DNA of 32,000 bases from Opitutales bacterium (lineage in GTDB: Bacteria; Verrucomicrobiota; Verrucomicrobiia; Opitutales; PNEW01), in NCBI GenBank assembly GCA_965219535.1, contig CBDCNV010000001.1, positions 990,001 to 1,022,000 on the forward strand, in the 5' to 3' direction. Under the pieces are notes generated by a model. That model had not been told where the DNA came from and ran no database searches. It worked only from the letters and a program-made list of their open reading frames with translations. How positions within the stretch are numbered: position 1 is the first letter of the stretch; every line of letters begins with the position of its first letter. Below are positions 16,580 through 25,313 of this stretch, piece by piece. The position numbers and the translations under genes were made by a program.

Positions 16580-17407
16580 TCAGCTAATTTCGGGAACGAG
16601 GTGACGCCGATCCGCAGGTAAACGTTCGGACATTTCTCTGAAGAAATTGACTAATTCGGTTTTGCTCTTATTCCGTTCAGGGACCGTATATTCGAGAGCT
16701 TTCGGTTTTAAACCGAGGTAGAGAACCTTGCGTGCCTCGGTATCCGTGTTTTCAGAAGCGCCGTGCAATAACGAACTGAAAAAGAAAGTAATCTGCCCGG
16801 CTTTTGCTAAAACTATAGTTGGATCGCCAAAAGGGAAATCAGGCAGATCAGGTCTCCATGATCCTGTAGTATCTATCAAATCTGGATGCTCATCGTAATA
16901 CTTTCCGATGGGGATGTGACTTCCTGGCCAGATTTTAATCGGTGCCCGGTCCGGGGTTACATCGGTTAAATAAATCATCGAACTTACCCCGATGCGACGC
17001 GGCCTGGCTATAATTTCGGAATAGCGATATTTGCTGTCAACATGCTCGATCGAAACTTTTTTAGAAATACGAAGTGGATAGGTCTTGCTCATCGCGAGAC
17101 CATTAAATGTGACCTCATCGGTGAATAATAATTGTTTAGCGGCCCCTTCAATAAATGGGTGCTGGTAGATATTCAGTAGGGCGGGATTATAGTATTCATA
17201 TAATTTGCCGCCTTTGGAAGTGATATCACGTGTGACTCGGGTTGCATCATAGTCATCTTTTTTACTCTTTTCATAGGGTAACATTTCATCCATAACCTTC
17301 GCGGCGGCTTCAATCTCACCCGGTGTAAAAGGTCCGTCGACAGTAATAGCTCCATCCGCATCAAATCGATTAACCTGCTCGTCACTTAAAAATTTCGGCG
17401 CAATCAT
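16580..17407 (-). CDS. Phytanoyl-CoA dioxygenase (PhyH)-family Fe(II)/2OG oxygenase, paralogue 1
   Basis: 275 aa. N-terminal L.DEQV..F..DG.. pattern, H-x-D candidate (IEHVDSKY), and the distal LLHGASENT histidine motif typical of the PhyH fold. Confidence 0.65.
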   Translation of the reverse strand: MIAPKFLSDEQVNRFDADGAITVDGPFTPGEIEAAAKVMDEMLPYEKSKKDDYDATRVTRDITSKGGKLYEYYNPALLNIYQHPFIEGAAKQLLFTDEVTFNGLAMSKTYPLRISKKVSIEHVDSKYRYSEIIARPRRIGVSSMIYLTDVTPDRAPIKIWPGSHIPIGKYYDEHPDLIDTTGSWRPDLPDFPFGDPTIVLAKAGQITFFFSSLLHGASENTDTEARKVLYLGLKPKALEYTVPERNKSKTELVNFFREMSERLPADRRHLVPEIS

Positions 17408-17634
17408 GATCTGGATTTCTATTAAAAATTAGTTTTATAAATCTAATAGTAGAGACCGTTAACGGATAATAATTATGTAATTTCATGAGTTGTAGCAATC
17501 TGAAATATGCGCTCGAGTGAAAAATTGCAGGTCAATAGGATCACCGCATGGAATTCAGCTTGACTCCACATTACAGTGTGCATCTATGCCTTTAAGTTCT
17601 GATCATGATATCGATAAAATTAACAAGATAAAAT

Positions 17635-19107
17635 ATGCGCGTAGGAATAGTCTCCCTTATCCATGAATCCAATACATTCATTAGTCTAGAGACTAATTTG
17701 GATATGTTTAAATCGAGTTTCCTTCTGAGTGGAGAGGAAATTACCACTCAATTTGCAGGGGGTCATCACGAGATCAGTGGATTCTTTCAGGGCCTCGAGG
17801 AAAACGATATTGAAGCGGTCCCCATTTTTTATGCCTCAACTGCTCCATCGGGAACGATCACTCGTGAGACTTGTGAAGAATTAATGGAAATGATATTCAC
17901 TGGTATCGAAGAAGCCGGTAGACTTGATGGCATGCTCGTTGCGCCACATGGCGCGAATGCTGGTGAGGGAGACGAATATCGCGATCTCGACGGCCATTGG
18001 CTTTCCCGTCTACGCCAGACAGTAGGCGCCGATTTTCCGATAATCTGTACTATTGATCCACACGCCAACCTTACGCCGAGAATGGTTAATGCTTGTAATG
18101 CGACAATTGCCTATCGAAGCACTCCACACCTTGATCAAAAGCAACGTGGAATCGAAGCCGTGCAGCTCATGGTAAGAATGCTTCGCGATGAAATCAAACC
18201 GACGCAAGCGGCGTCATTCGTGCCCCTTGCGATGAATATTGAAGCTCAGCGTACCCTCGAACCACCCTGTTTACCTCTGTATGAGATGGCTGACCAATTA
18301 CTTTCTCAACCCGGCGTTTTATCGAATAGCGTTGTCCAGGGATTTCCCTACGCCGATGTCGAGGAAATGGGGGTAGCTTTTATTACCGTCACTGATAACA
18401 ATCCTGAATTGGCTCAGCAACAATCGGATATACTTGCCAATTACATTGTCGCTCATCGGAAAGAATTCGCGGGTCAACTGATCAGCGTTGAGGATGCGGT
18501 CAGTCAGGCGCTAACAAAAGATGGACCGGTGTGCCTTCTCGATATGGGAGACAATGCAGGGGGTGGTTCAGCGGGAGATGGAACGGTGATTGCTCATGAA
18601 TTACTGCGTCGGGGTGAAGTTAATGCTTTTCTCTGCCTCTATGATCCGGAGTCTGTGAGTGCTGCCACAAATGCGGGGGTGGGTAAGCGACATAAATTAA
18701 CCATGGGGGGTAAAGTCGATAATCTACATGGTCCGCCCATAGAAGCGGAAGTTACGGTAATCAGCCAGCACGAGGGAAAGTTTCAGGAAGCAGAAGTTCG
18801 CCATGGTGGACATACACATTTTGATATGGGCCCCACAGCGATTGTTAAGACCGAATCAGGGCTAACGGTCAGCTTGACGACCCGACGCATTGTACCCGTA
18901 AGCCTGGGAGTAATGACGAGTTGCGATCTGGATCCCGCTAGTTTTCACATTATTATTGCCAAGGGTGTGCACTCGCCGGTGCCCGCATACGAACCGGTGT
19001 GTAAAAATATGATTCGTGTTAATACACCGGGCACCACGACCGCAGATATAAGAACTTTCAATTATCACCACCGGCGCAAACCTTTGTATCCCTTTGAGGA
19101 GATTTAG
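17635..19107 (+). CDS. M81-family metallopeptidase (MlrC / microcystinase-C-like)
   Basis: The N-terminus MRVGIVSLIHESNTF is the characteristic start of MlrC-family proteins. The 490-aa length and two-domain size are consistent. Confidence 0.8.
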   Translation: MRVGIVSLIHESNTFISLETNLDMFKSSFLLSGEEITTQFAGGHHEISGFFQGLEENDIEAVPIFYASTAPSGTITRETCEELMEMIFTGIEEAGRLDGMLVAPHGANAGEGDEYRDLDGHWLSRLRQTVGADFPIICTIDPHANLTPRMVNACNATIAYRSTPHLDQKQRGIEAVQLMVRMLRDEIKPTQAASFVPLAMNIEAQRTLEPPCLPLYEMADQLLSQPGVLSNSVVQGFPYADVEEMGVAFITVTDNNPELAQQQSDILANYIVAHRKEFAGQLISVEDAVSQALTKDGPVCLLDMGDNAGGGSAGDGTVIAHELLRRGEVNAFLCLYDPESVSAATNAGVGKRHKLTMGGKVDNLHGPPIEAEVTVISQHEGKFQEAEVRHGGHTHFDMGPTAIVKTESGLTVSLTTRRIVPVSLGVMTSCDLDPASFHIIIAKGVHSPVPAYEPVCKNMIRVNTPGTTTADIRTFNYHHRRKPLYPFEEI

Positions 19108-19110
19108 GGA

Positions 19111-19130
19111 TGAAAATCCTAGGATTTTCA
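19111..19130. terminator. Perfect 20-nt palindrome 3 nt after the MlrC-like stop codon
   Basis: TGAAAATCCT|AGGATTTTCA is perfectly self-complementary and is followed by T-rich sequence (gtgttaagtttta). It could be a hairpin terminator or a symmetric protein-binding site. Confidence 0.5.
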
Positions 19131-19279
19131 GTGTTAAGTTTTAGGTGTTAGGTTTTAGTTGACTGGAAGAATTGGAAGGATGAATTAATAGGGGTAACCC
19201 TAGAACCTGTCCTGAGTGTAACCAAAGTATATTCTCAACTTTCCATTATTCCAACCATCCGTACATCCGCTTTCACGCT
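19131..19279. repeat. G-rich/C-poor arm then C-rich/G-poor arm, built from short tandem words
   Basis: GTGTTAAGTTTTAG/GTGTTAGGTTTTAG is a 14-nt tandem duplication (19131-19158). TGGAAGAAT/TGGAAGGAT is a 9-nt tandem (19164-19181). Central hairpin TAGGG-gtaa-CCCTA at 19189-19202. The right arm has mirror words ATTATTCCA and TCCAACCAT. Hand counts: left 22 G / 1 C in 67 nt; right 9 G / 27 C in 82 nt. Confidence 0.6.
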
Positions 19280-20140
19280 TTATCGCTTTTTCAAATATAT
19301 ACCGGGTGTTCGGTTGGTTTCTGTAGCGGGACAACCGGTTGGTTCATCGACAGCTAAAGGCTTCAGGGGGTCACCGATGTTCCCCTCCCACCAATGCAAA
19401 TTCTTCGACTGGTAGGTTTTGGCATAGGCTTCTTTAATAGAGGGTGGAAATATATCGTAATTGAAAAGAAACCATCCCAGGAGGAGAGGACGATGTTGGG
19501 GTGTATTATTAGCATTAGCTGAGTGGAGCAGCCGTGCATCTCCCATTACTATCGATCCTTCACTAGTCGGTACATTTACGGCATCGGGAACATCTTCATA
19601 TACTGGGTGATCCGGTGGAAGTTCTTCCGTTTTTGAATCATGCGCGACGGGTATTTTATCATGAAGGGAGTTTCGCTTCAAATGACTTCCCGGGATGACG
19701 CGGAAGCAGCCATTCTCGATCGTGGTCTCTTCAAGGTAGTAGGAGAGAAATATCTGCATCGGTCGTGGTTCACTGCTGATGGGTTCGTTCCACCAAAGCC
19801 AGTCCTGATGCCAATATAAGCGGGGACTGTAAGGGGGCTTATTGATAAGAAATAAATGTCCCATCCAGCGCACATCGTCGAATCCCATCAGAGATAAGAG
19901 ATCTAAAGTCGGCTGCCAGGCAAGTAAACGGGCAAAGGCGGGATCGCGAAAGGGACAGTCAATGATCAGCCCACCAAAATTTTTATTAGATTTCGTATAT
20001 TCATCTTCTTCTTCGATAATGCGTGCGGTCGCTAATTTTAAATCGGAGAGTATAGGCTCATCAAGAATGCCGTCGATGAGGCAGTAGCCCTCTTCAGTAA
20101 GTTGATCTCGTTTTTCTTGTACCTCGTTTTGAGCGATCAT
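19280..20140 (-). CDS. Phytanoyl-CoA dioxygenase (PhyH)-family Fe(II)/2OG oxygenase, paralogue 2
   Basis: 286 aa with WHQDW (H-x-D), VIPGSH, and the distal LLHSANANNT histidine motif. Confidence 0.75.
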   Translation of the reverse strand: MIAQNEVQEKRDQLTEEGYCLIDGILDEPILSDLKLATARIIEEEDEYTKSNKNFGGLIIDCPFRDPAFARLLAWQPTLDLLSLMGFDDVRWMGHLFLINKPPYSPRLYWHQDWLWWNEPISSEPRPMQIFLSYYLEETTIENGCFRVIPGSHLKRNSLHDKIPVAHDSKTEELPPDHPVYEDVPDAVNVPTSEGSIVMGDARLLHSANANNTPQHRPLLLGWFLFNYDIFPPSIKEAYAKTYQSKNLHWWEGNIGDPLKPLAVDEPTGCPATETNRTPGIYLKKR

Positions 20141-20148
20141 GGGTTTTA

Positions 20149-20316
20149 GTCAAAAGGTCAAAAAGTCAAAAGGTCAAATGGAGAAGAGTAAAAGCGAATA
20201 TGCGATTATGTGTATATGCGGAAAGATCCATGATGCAAGATGCAAGTTAATCCTAAAAGTTTCCACTCTCTAGCATAGTCGCATTTACGCATTGTCGCAT
20301 ACCCGCATTAACGCAT
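20149..20316. repeat. Strictly 8-nt-phased word array with mirrored vocabulary (ATGCG arm / CGCAT arm)
   Basis: GTCAAAAG GTCAAAAA GTCAAAAG GTCAAATG at 20149-20180. The same phase continues through TAAAAGCG AATATGCG ATTATGTG TATATGCG (20189-20220). GATGCAA x2 at 20232-20245. CGCAT occurs at 20280, 20288, 20296, 20304 and 20312, an exact 8-nt spacing, with AGCAT at 20272. Confidence 0.75.
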
Positions 20317-20324
20317 AGACCCCC

Positions 20325-22358
20325 TTATCTCTTATACCCTGACCGCAGTTCGCGTCGCATGATTTTATTAGAAGCTGTTCTCGGAAGAGCATCGGTTAAA
20401 ACGATATCAAAAATGTGAAAGAGGGGGTTGAGATTATTTTTCATTATATTCTGCATTTGCAGTTTTAATGGCTCCTTTTCAAATGAAACAGCTTGCTCGA
20501 GAACGATAAAGATGACGAGCGATTCCGGACCTCCCTCAGGGGGGGAGACAGAAATAGCTGCCGTCTCGCTTACTCCTTCAACTTGGTTGAGCGCGCGTTC
20601 TATTTCCGCGGAGCTTATTTTTATGCCGCCCAGGTTCATCGTGTCATCGACGCGACCGTGCGCTCGAAAATATCCGCCGCCAAGGCGCTCCATCTGGTCT
20701 CCATGGCGCCTCAATGCAATTCCGGATTTATCTCTGGGTGTTCCATCAAAATAGACTTCCCAATGATCGCGGTTCAAAAGCTCTTGTGATAAGCCGATCG
20801 AAGGTGGAACTAAGAATAATTCACCATTATCCACTTCACCTGAATTCTCATCGAGAATGACAAGATCAAGACCTAGTGCGTGAGTAGAAAAAGTGGCCGG
20901 TGATGCCGGTTGCACGAGGGTGCCGGTAATGTATCCGCCGCCGATCTCTGTTCCCCCGCAATATTCAATAACAGGTTTATAACCGGCAAGTGACATTAAA
21001 TAGAGTATATCTCTCGCATTTGAACTTTCTCCGGATGAGCTGAAGGCATTAATTTTGCTCCAATCCAGTCCGCTTATGCAGTTGGTATTTTTCCAGGCTT
21101 TTACAATGCTCGGAACCAACCCGAGCATGGTGATTTCCGCATTTTGAACAAACTCTCCAAATCCCCTTCCGGTTGGAGCACCATAATACAAACCCATGGA
21201 CGCTTTATTGATCAAACTCGCATAGATCAGCCACGGGCCCATCATCCACCCCAGGTTAGTGGGCCATGCGATTCTGTCACCTTCATGAATATCCATGTGA
21301 AGATAAGCATCAGCTACGCTCTTTATAGGTGTAGTCTGTGTCCATGGAATCGCCTTTGGCTCTCCCGTTGTTCCCGATGAAAAAAGTATATTGCTGTGAT
21401 CGTCGGGAGAACGGGGTATCGATTCAAATTGAAGCTTATCACTTAAAAACGCATTCCATTCTAAATCTCCATCACGCAGTTTGACTGTCTCACTATTATT
21501 ACTGCTAAGAACAATCGCCCGGGGACCATCAGCCGACACGATTTTTTCATAAGAAGGTAATTTTTTCCCACCGCGTGAAATATAATCCTGGTTAAAGACA
21601 CCTACGCATTTGGCAATTTTAAGTCGCAGAGCAATTTCATCCGATGCAAAACTGTCGGCAATAGAAACGGCTACACACCCAGCTTTAATGATACCCAGGT
21701 ATATCGCCACACACTCCGTGGTCATCGGCATGCAGATGGCAATCGAGTCGCCCGTGACGAATCCGGCAACTGAAATTCCATTAGCTACACGATTGGTCAA
21801 TGCTTCGAGTTCACCATAGGTGGTTGTATGGATGCCCTTATCTTCCGGTTGAGCGATGATCGCAATGGCTTTTTTATCTGCCTGAAAGCAACTATCGACA
21901 ATATTTAATTGTGCACTAGTTAACCAGTGAGGTGATTCTTGAGGTGATGAGGTATCGAGGGTTTCCGCGGGAGCGACTTTAAATTGGATATTTAACCTAT
22001 TGATCATCAATTCCCAGAATGAATCGCGATTTTGAATAGACCACTGATGGAGCTCGTCGTACGATTTAATACTTAACTCCCTCATCACCGATGTGATGTT
22101 GGTCGAGGTGATTATCTCGTCAGTTGGTATCCATGCAGGTGGAGGTCCTCTAGATGAATCCCAGTTGGCAAAAACAGCATCGAACAAAAAAAGATGCAGT
22201 TCAAAAGGATGATCCGGGGTAAGTATATCTTTCGAAATTATCTGCCATAGTTTCTCAGCGGTGAGGGAAGAGGAAAGTTCATTGATCCGTTGTACCAATG
22301 CTTTCGCAGCGGGTTGCTCCAATCCAAATCCTGTTATTTGTTCAACATTCAGGTTCAT
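20325..22358 (-). CDS. AMP-forming acyl/acetyl-CoA-synthetase-like ligase (ANL superfamily), long form
   Basis: LFSSGTTGEPKAI AMP-binding signature, YGGTE-like CGGTEIGGGY, C-terminal GRVDDTMNLGGIKISSAEIE, and an ACS-N-terminal-like DSFWE segment preceded by a ~100-aa extension. Confidence 0.85.
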   Translation of the reverse strand: MNLNVEQITGFGLEQPAAKALVQRINELSSSLTAEKLWQIISKDILTPDHPFELHLFLFDAVFANWDSSRGPPPAWIPTDEIITSTNITSVMRELSIKSYDELHQWSIQNRDSFWELMINRLNIQFKVAPAETLDTSSPQESPHWLTSAQLNIVDSCFQADKKAIAIIAQPEDKGIHTTTYGELEALTNRVANGISVAGFVTGDSIAICMPMTTECVAIYLGIIKAGCVAVSIADSFASDEIALRLKIAKCVGVFNQDYISRGGKKLPSYEKIVSADGPRAIVLSSNNSETVKLRDGDLEWNAFLSDKLQFESIPRSPDDHSNILFSSGTTGEPKAIPWTQTTPIKSVADAYLHMDIHEGDRIAWPTNLGWMMGPWLIYASLINKASMGLYYGAPTGRGFGEFVQNAEITMLGLVPSIVKAWKNTNCISGLDWSKINAFSSSGESSNARDILYLMSLAGYKPVIEYCGGTEIGGGYITGTLVQPASPATFSTHALGLDLVILDENSGEVDNGELFLVPPSIGLSQELLNRDHWEVYFDGTPRDKSGIALRRHGDQMERLGGGYFRAHGRVDDTMNLGGIKISSAEIERALNQVEGVSETAAISVSPPEGGPESLVIFIVLEQAVSFEKEPLKLQMQNIMKNNLNPLFHIFDIVLTDALPRTASNKIMRRELRSGYKR

Positions 22359-22438
22359 ATCTGTTAACGCCTTACCGGTTTACTAAATCTTCCCAACAAT
22401 GACTTTTGCATTTCAACTTAATTATTTATGGGTCATGC

Positions 22439-23017
22439 CTAGAACAGAGGGTATCTTAAGCACATATTAAGGATGTTACGATGGAGGTTTTGATGACGAT
22501 GGTTAAAGCGATATTCAGTTTCTTTGAGGTGCAGTTGGAAGGTCCTACGAGAAAGACCTTTGAACTTAGCCAATCGAAGTTTAGCAAAAGCCCAAAAAGA
22601 TTCAATCCCGTTAATGTGGGAGTGTCCCTGGGCAAACTCGTTGTCGTTGTGATTGACACGGTAATGCTTCTTATAGCCCAGATCCACGAGGCCGTTGTAA
22701 GCACGCCACCCGTCAGAATAAAGCACACTGTCAAAAGTAACTCTCCCTTGGATCACCGCATGCAGAGCGGCTCTGGAGACGTTGCGTACAACCTGGGTAT
22801 AGACTTTCCCATTACGCTTGAGCAACCCGAAGACGGGCACTTTCTTGAATGCACCCCGACCTCTTTGCCCTGGAATTCTTTTGCCTCCAAAGTAGGACTC
22901 ATCCATTTCCACCGACCCCCTAAAAGGCGAGGCCTGCGCACATTGCTGCAACAAACGCTCCCGCAACAAGCGCAAATAACGGTTGACCGTGTTACGATTC
23001 AATCCTGTCAATTGGGC
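22439..23017 (-). mobile_element. IS1595-family (IS1016/ISXO2-like) element, 5'-truncated; transposase remnant 22439..23011
   Basis: DESYFGG..(x)..GRG...K.PVFGLLKRNGKVY...SD.W.AY......HYRVNH...F.....HINGIESFW...K..L.KFKG matches the ISXO2-like DDE transposase pattern. About 28 N-terminal codons and the left end are missing, cut at 23017/23018 by the IS3 end. The outer boundary below 22439 is not resolved. Confidence 0.75.
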
Positions 23018-23044
23018 TGATCGGACCCCGTTTTTCGTACCAAT

Positions 23045-24010
23045 TTAAGTGAGAGAGTTACCGGGTGTTAATGGTTTTAGGATTGATGTATATGAGAGAT
23101 CTTGGCGAAGTGAGGGCGTAGCCCGAACGCGGCCAAGATCGGAAAGGAATCTGACAAACTCTTGTGGGCTTTTGAAGCCTAAACGACTGTGGGGATGTTC
23201 ATGGTTATAGGTCTGACGCCATTGTTCGATTACCACTTGCGCTTCAGCCACGCTGAGCAACACTTCACGGTTCAAACACTCATCGCGTAAGCGGTTGTGA
23301 AACGACTCGATGAAACCGTTTTGCCAGGGACTGCCCGGATCGATATAGATCGCCTTTATGTTATTACCGGACAACCACTGCTGCACTTGATGAGCAATGA
23401 ACTCACTGCCGTTGTCACTACGGATATAGCTGGGAGGTCCCTCCTCTTCAATGGCCTCGCTAAGCACAGAGAGGACATCGGTTGAGGTGAGTTGACGAGC
23501 GACCCGGATATCCAGGCATTTACGCGTATATGTCTTCGCTTCGCTTGAGTGTCGTCGCTTTCAGCTCCTCGGTACATCGATTAGAGTCATCATCTTTAAT
23601 GGACCGCCGTTGTCTGTACGATCATGGACAAAGTCCCAGGACCAAACGTGATTGCGACCCTTTGCTTTAGTAGGTGACCCCGTAGAGACTCCTTGACGGT
23701 GTCTGCCCTTTTTCGGGGGCTTTACCTGCAGCCCTTCTGAACGTCGTACCGCCTGGACAAACTTCCTGCTTGTTGTCCAGCCTTCCTTTACCAGCAAGGC
23801 ACGGATGCGCCGGTAACCGTAGCGGGGATGTTTCCAGGACAAGCTCACAATCCGCTCGACCAACCGCTGAGCTTTCTCACTGGCCTGTTTGGGCCGGTAA
23901 CTGAACGTTGACCAACTCAGGCTGAGATAAGCACAAGCCCTCCGCAACGAGCACAACCCTTTCTCAGCCGCAGCTTTTACTACTCGTTTCTTCTGCTTTG
24001 GGCTCACCAT
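23045..24010 (-). pseudogene. IS3 orfB (integrase-core/DDE) interrupted by in-frame TGA at 23561-23563
   Basis: WSWDFVHDRT..G..LKMMTLID ... YTRKCLDIRVARQLTSTDV...IRSDNGSEFIA...YIDPGSPWQNGFIESFHNRLRDE...YNHEHPHSRLG is an rve domain. The ORFs 23561..24010 and 23045..23467 are in the same frame, separated by a single TGA. Confidence 0.75.
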
Positions 24011-24297
24011 TTTTTTGACAGCGTTTCCTCCATTACCTGATTCTTGAGCATTTGATCTGCGAGCAGCTTCTTCAGCTCGGTATGTCAGGCCTTCTCGCTT
24101 GCGCTCGTGAATTCTTTTTCCAGCTCTTTAAATCGCTTCGCATCGGCAAGTTCTAAATTGCCATATTTTTTACGCCAGCGATAGAAAGTCTGTTCGCTCA
24201 GGTTGTTTCCACGGCAGATTTCCTGTACCGTTTTACCGGTATCGGCTTGCCGCAATATTGTTATAATCTGTTCTGTTGTGTATCTTTTTCTTTTCAT
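24004..24297 (-). pseudogene. IS3 orfA (HTH transposase N-terminal part) interrupted by in-frame TGA at 24085-24087
   Basis: MKRKRYTTEQIITILRQADTGKTVQEICRGNNLSEQTFYRWRKKYG is a typical IS3 OrfA. The same frame continues after the TGA as HTELKKLLADQMLKNQVMEETLSKKW*, ending at the slippery site. Confidence 0.7.
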
Positions 24298-24362
24298 TGA
24301 GGTTATCTGTTTATCCCGATAACCTCTCTCTGTAAATGATACGATTTTTGGGGGTCACTCCA

Positions 24363-25161
24363 CTGGCAAAATGCGTTTTTGATAATCGGCATAACATTAA
24401 TTCTAACTGGCCATGGATACGGTACATATCGAAGGAATGAAGTGTGGCGAACCGATGAATCTTTATGGTATGATGTTTCGATAAAAAGTCCGAATAATGG
24501 TCGGGGGTTAATGAACTATGGCCTTAGTCAAATGTCAAAGGGCCGGTATGAGATAGCACTTTCCTATTATAAGAGAGCCTTAAATTCCAATTATCGTAAT
24601 CATCCTTACCTGGCGATTAATCTTGGCGTGGTTCATGAAGCCATAAATAGGTCCGAAGAAGCGGGTCAATTTTACGAAAAATCTATTCGTATTGGTACAC
24701 AATATCCGGAATGCCATTTCTATTACGCGAACTGGTTGCAGAAGAAAAATCAAACCGTAAAAGCGGTTAAGCATTTAAAAACCGCATTAGAACTCAGTCC
24801 GGGTCATTTCCGAGCACAACAATTATTGGACAGAATTGAGCAAAAAGTGATGATTGAGATTCAAACTGCTGAAGCGCTAGTCGAAAATAATCGCACCCCG
24901 GAAAATCTTCTCAACCTCAGCCTGAAATATTTTAATACCGAAGAGTTTGAAAAATGTATCGAGGTATGTGAAGAAGCATTGCTCTTGAAACCAGATTTCT
25001 ACCAGGCCTATAATAATATCGGTTCAGCTTATAATGCGTTGCAGCGTTGGGATGAGGGAATAGTTGCTTGTAAAAAAGCTTTAGCGATCAATCCCAATTT
25101 CGAACTTGCCAAAAACAATTTACACTGGGCGGAAATAAAGAAAGCAGAATCAGAGTTTTAA
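24363..25161 (+). pseudogene. 5'-truncated TPR gene: last TM helix plus C-terminal TPR domain of a larger membrane-anchored TPR protein
   Basis: The frame is open right from the IS3 end: WQNAFLIIGITLILTGHGYGTYRRNEVWRTDESLW, followed by several TPR units (e.g. AYNNIGSAYNALQRWDEGIVACKKALAINPN). It lacks a plausible native N-terminus; the track start is a TTG at 24379. Confidence 0.55.
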
Positions 25162-25243
25162 TTTATTATGCTAAAAAATGTGATCGTCTGCTACATCTCA
25201 TTAGAGATTTGGATCTAATTAAAATTCTTCCGCATAGTCATTT

Positions 25244-25273
25244 AAATTGGATTTCAATATTTATATCCAATTT
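25244..25273. promoter_or_regulatory. 9-bp perfect inverted repeat upstream of PhyH paralogue 3 (operator or weak terminator)
   Basis: AAATTGGAT (25244-25252) and ATCCAATTT (25265-25273) are separated by 12 nt and followed by TTTT. Confidence 0.35.
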
Positions 25274-25284
25274 TGGCTACAATA

Positions 25285-25313
25285 TTGACTTACTGATCTT
25301 AAAAAAGTAATAC
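25285..25313 (+). promoter_or_regulatory. Possible sigma70-like promoter (TTGACT-17 nt-TAATAC)
   Basis: TTGACT at 25285-25290, a 17-nt spacer, and TAATAC at 25308-25313. The -10 element ends only 8 nt before the ATG at 25322, implying a near-leaderless mRNA if real. Promoter rules for this organism are unknown. Confidence 0.2.

Larger units (their letters stand above)
23018..24362 (-). mobile_element. IS3-family insertion sequence (~1345 bp), apparently inactive
   Basis: orfA (HTH) plus orfB (rve/DDE) with an A7 slippery run at 24010-24016. Terminal TG...CA ends have imperfect inverted repeats: TGGAGTGACCCCCAAAAATCGTATCA (inward from 24362) versus TGATCGGACCCCGTTTTTCGTACCA (inward from 23018). 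Confidence 0.7.

Noticed and set aside
20149-20316. CRISPR-like array suggested by regular short repeats. The same question applies to 7563-7602 and 26316-26370.
   Set aside because: The repeat units are 7-8 nt and directly abutting, with no 25-40 nt spacers, and there are no cas genes. The geometry is incompatible with CRISPR.
22481-23020. 179-aa plus-strand ORF.
   Set aside because: It is entirely antisense to the IS1595-family transposase remnant, which has clear family motifs, and it has no motif of its own.
23561-24087. Reading the in-frame TGA codons of the IS3 ORFs as recoded sense codons (selenocysteine, or Trp/Gly reassignment).
   Set aside because: TGA terminates well-supported genes in this window at the expected protein ends (the amidase at 1393-1395, trpD at 5514-5516, mlaD at 12766-12768, fadJ/B at 30047-30049). 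I also saw no SECIS-like hairpin next to either site.
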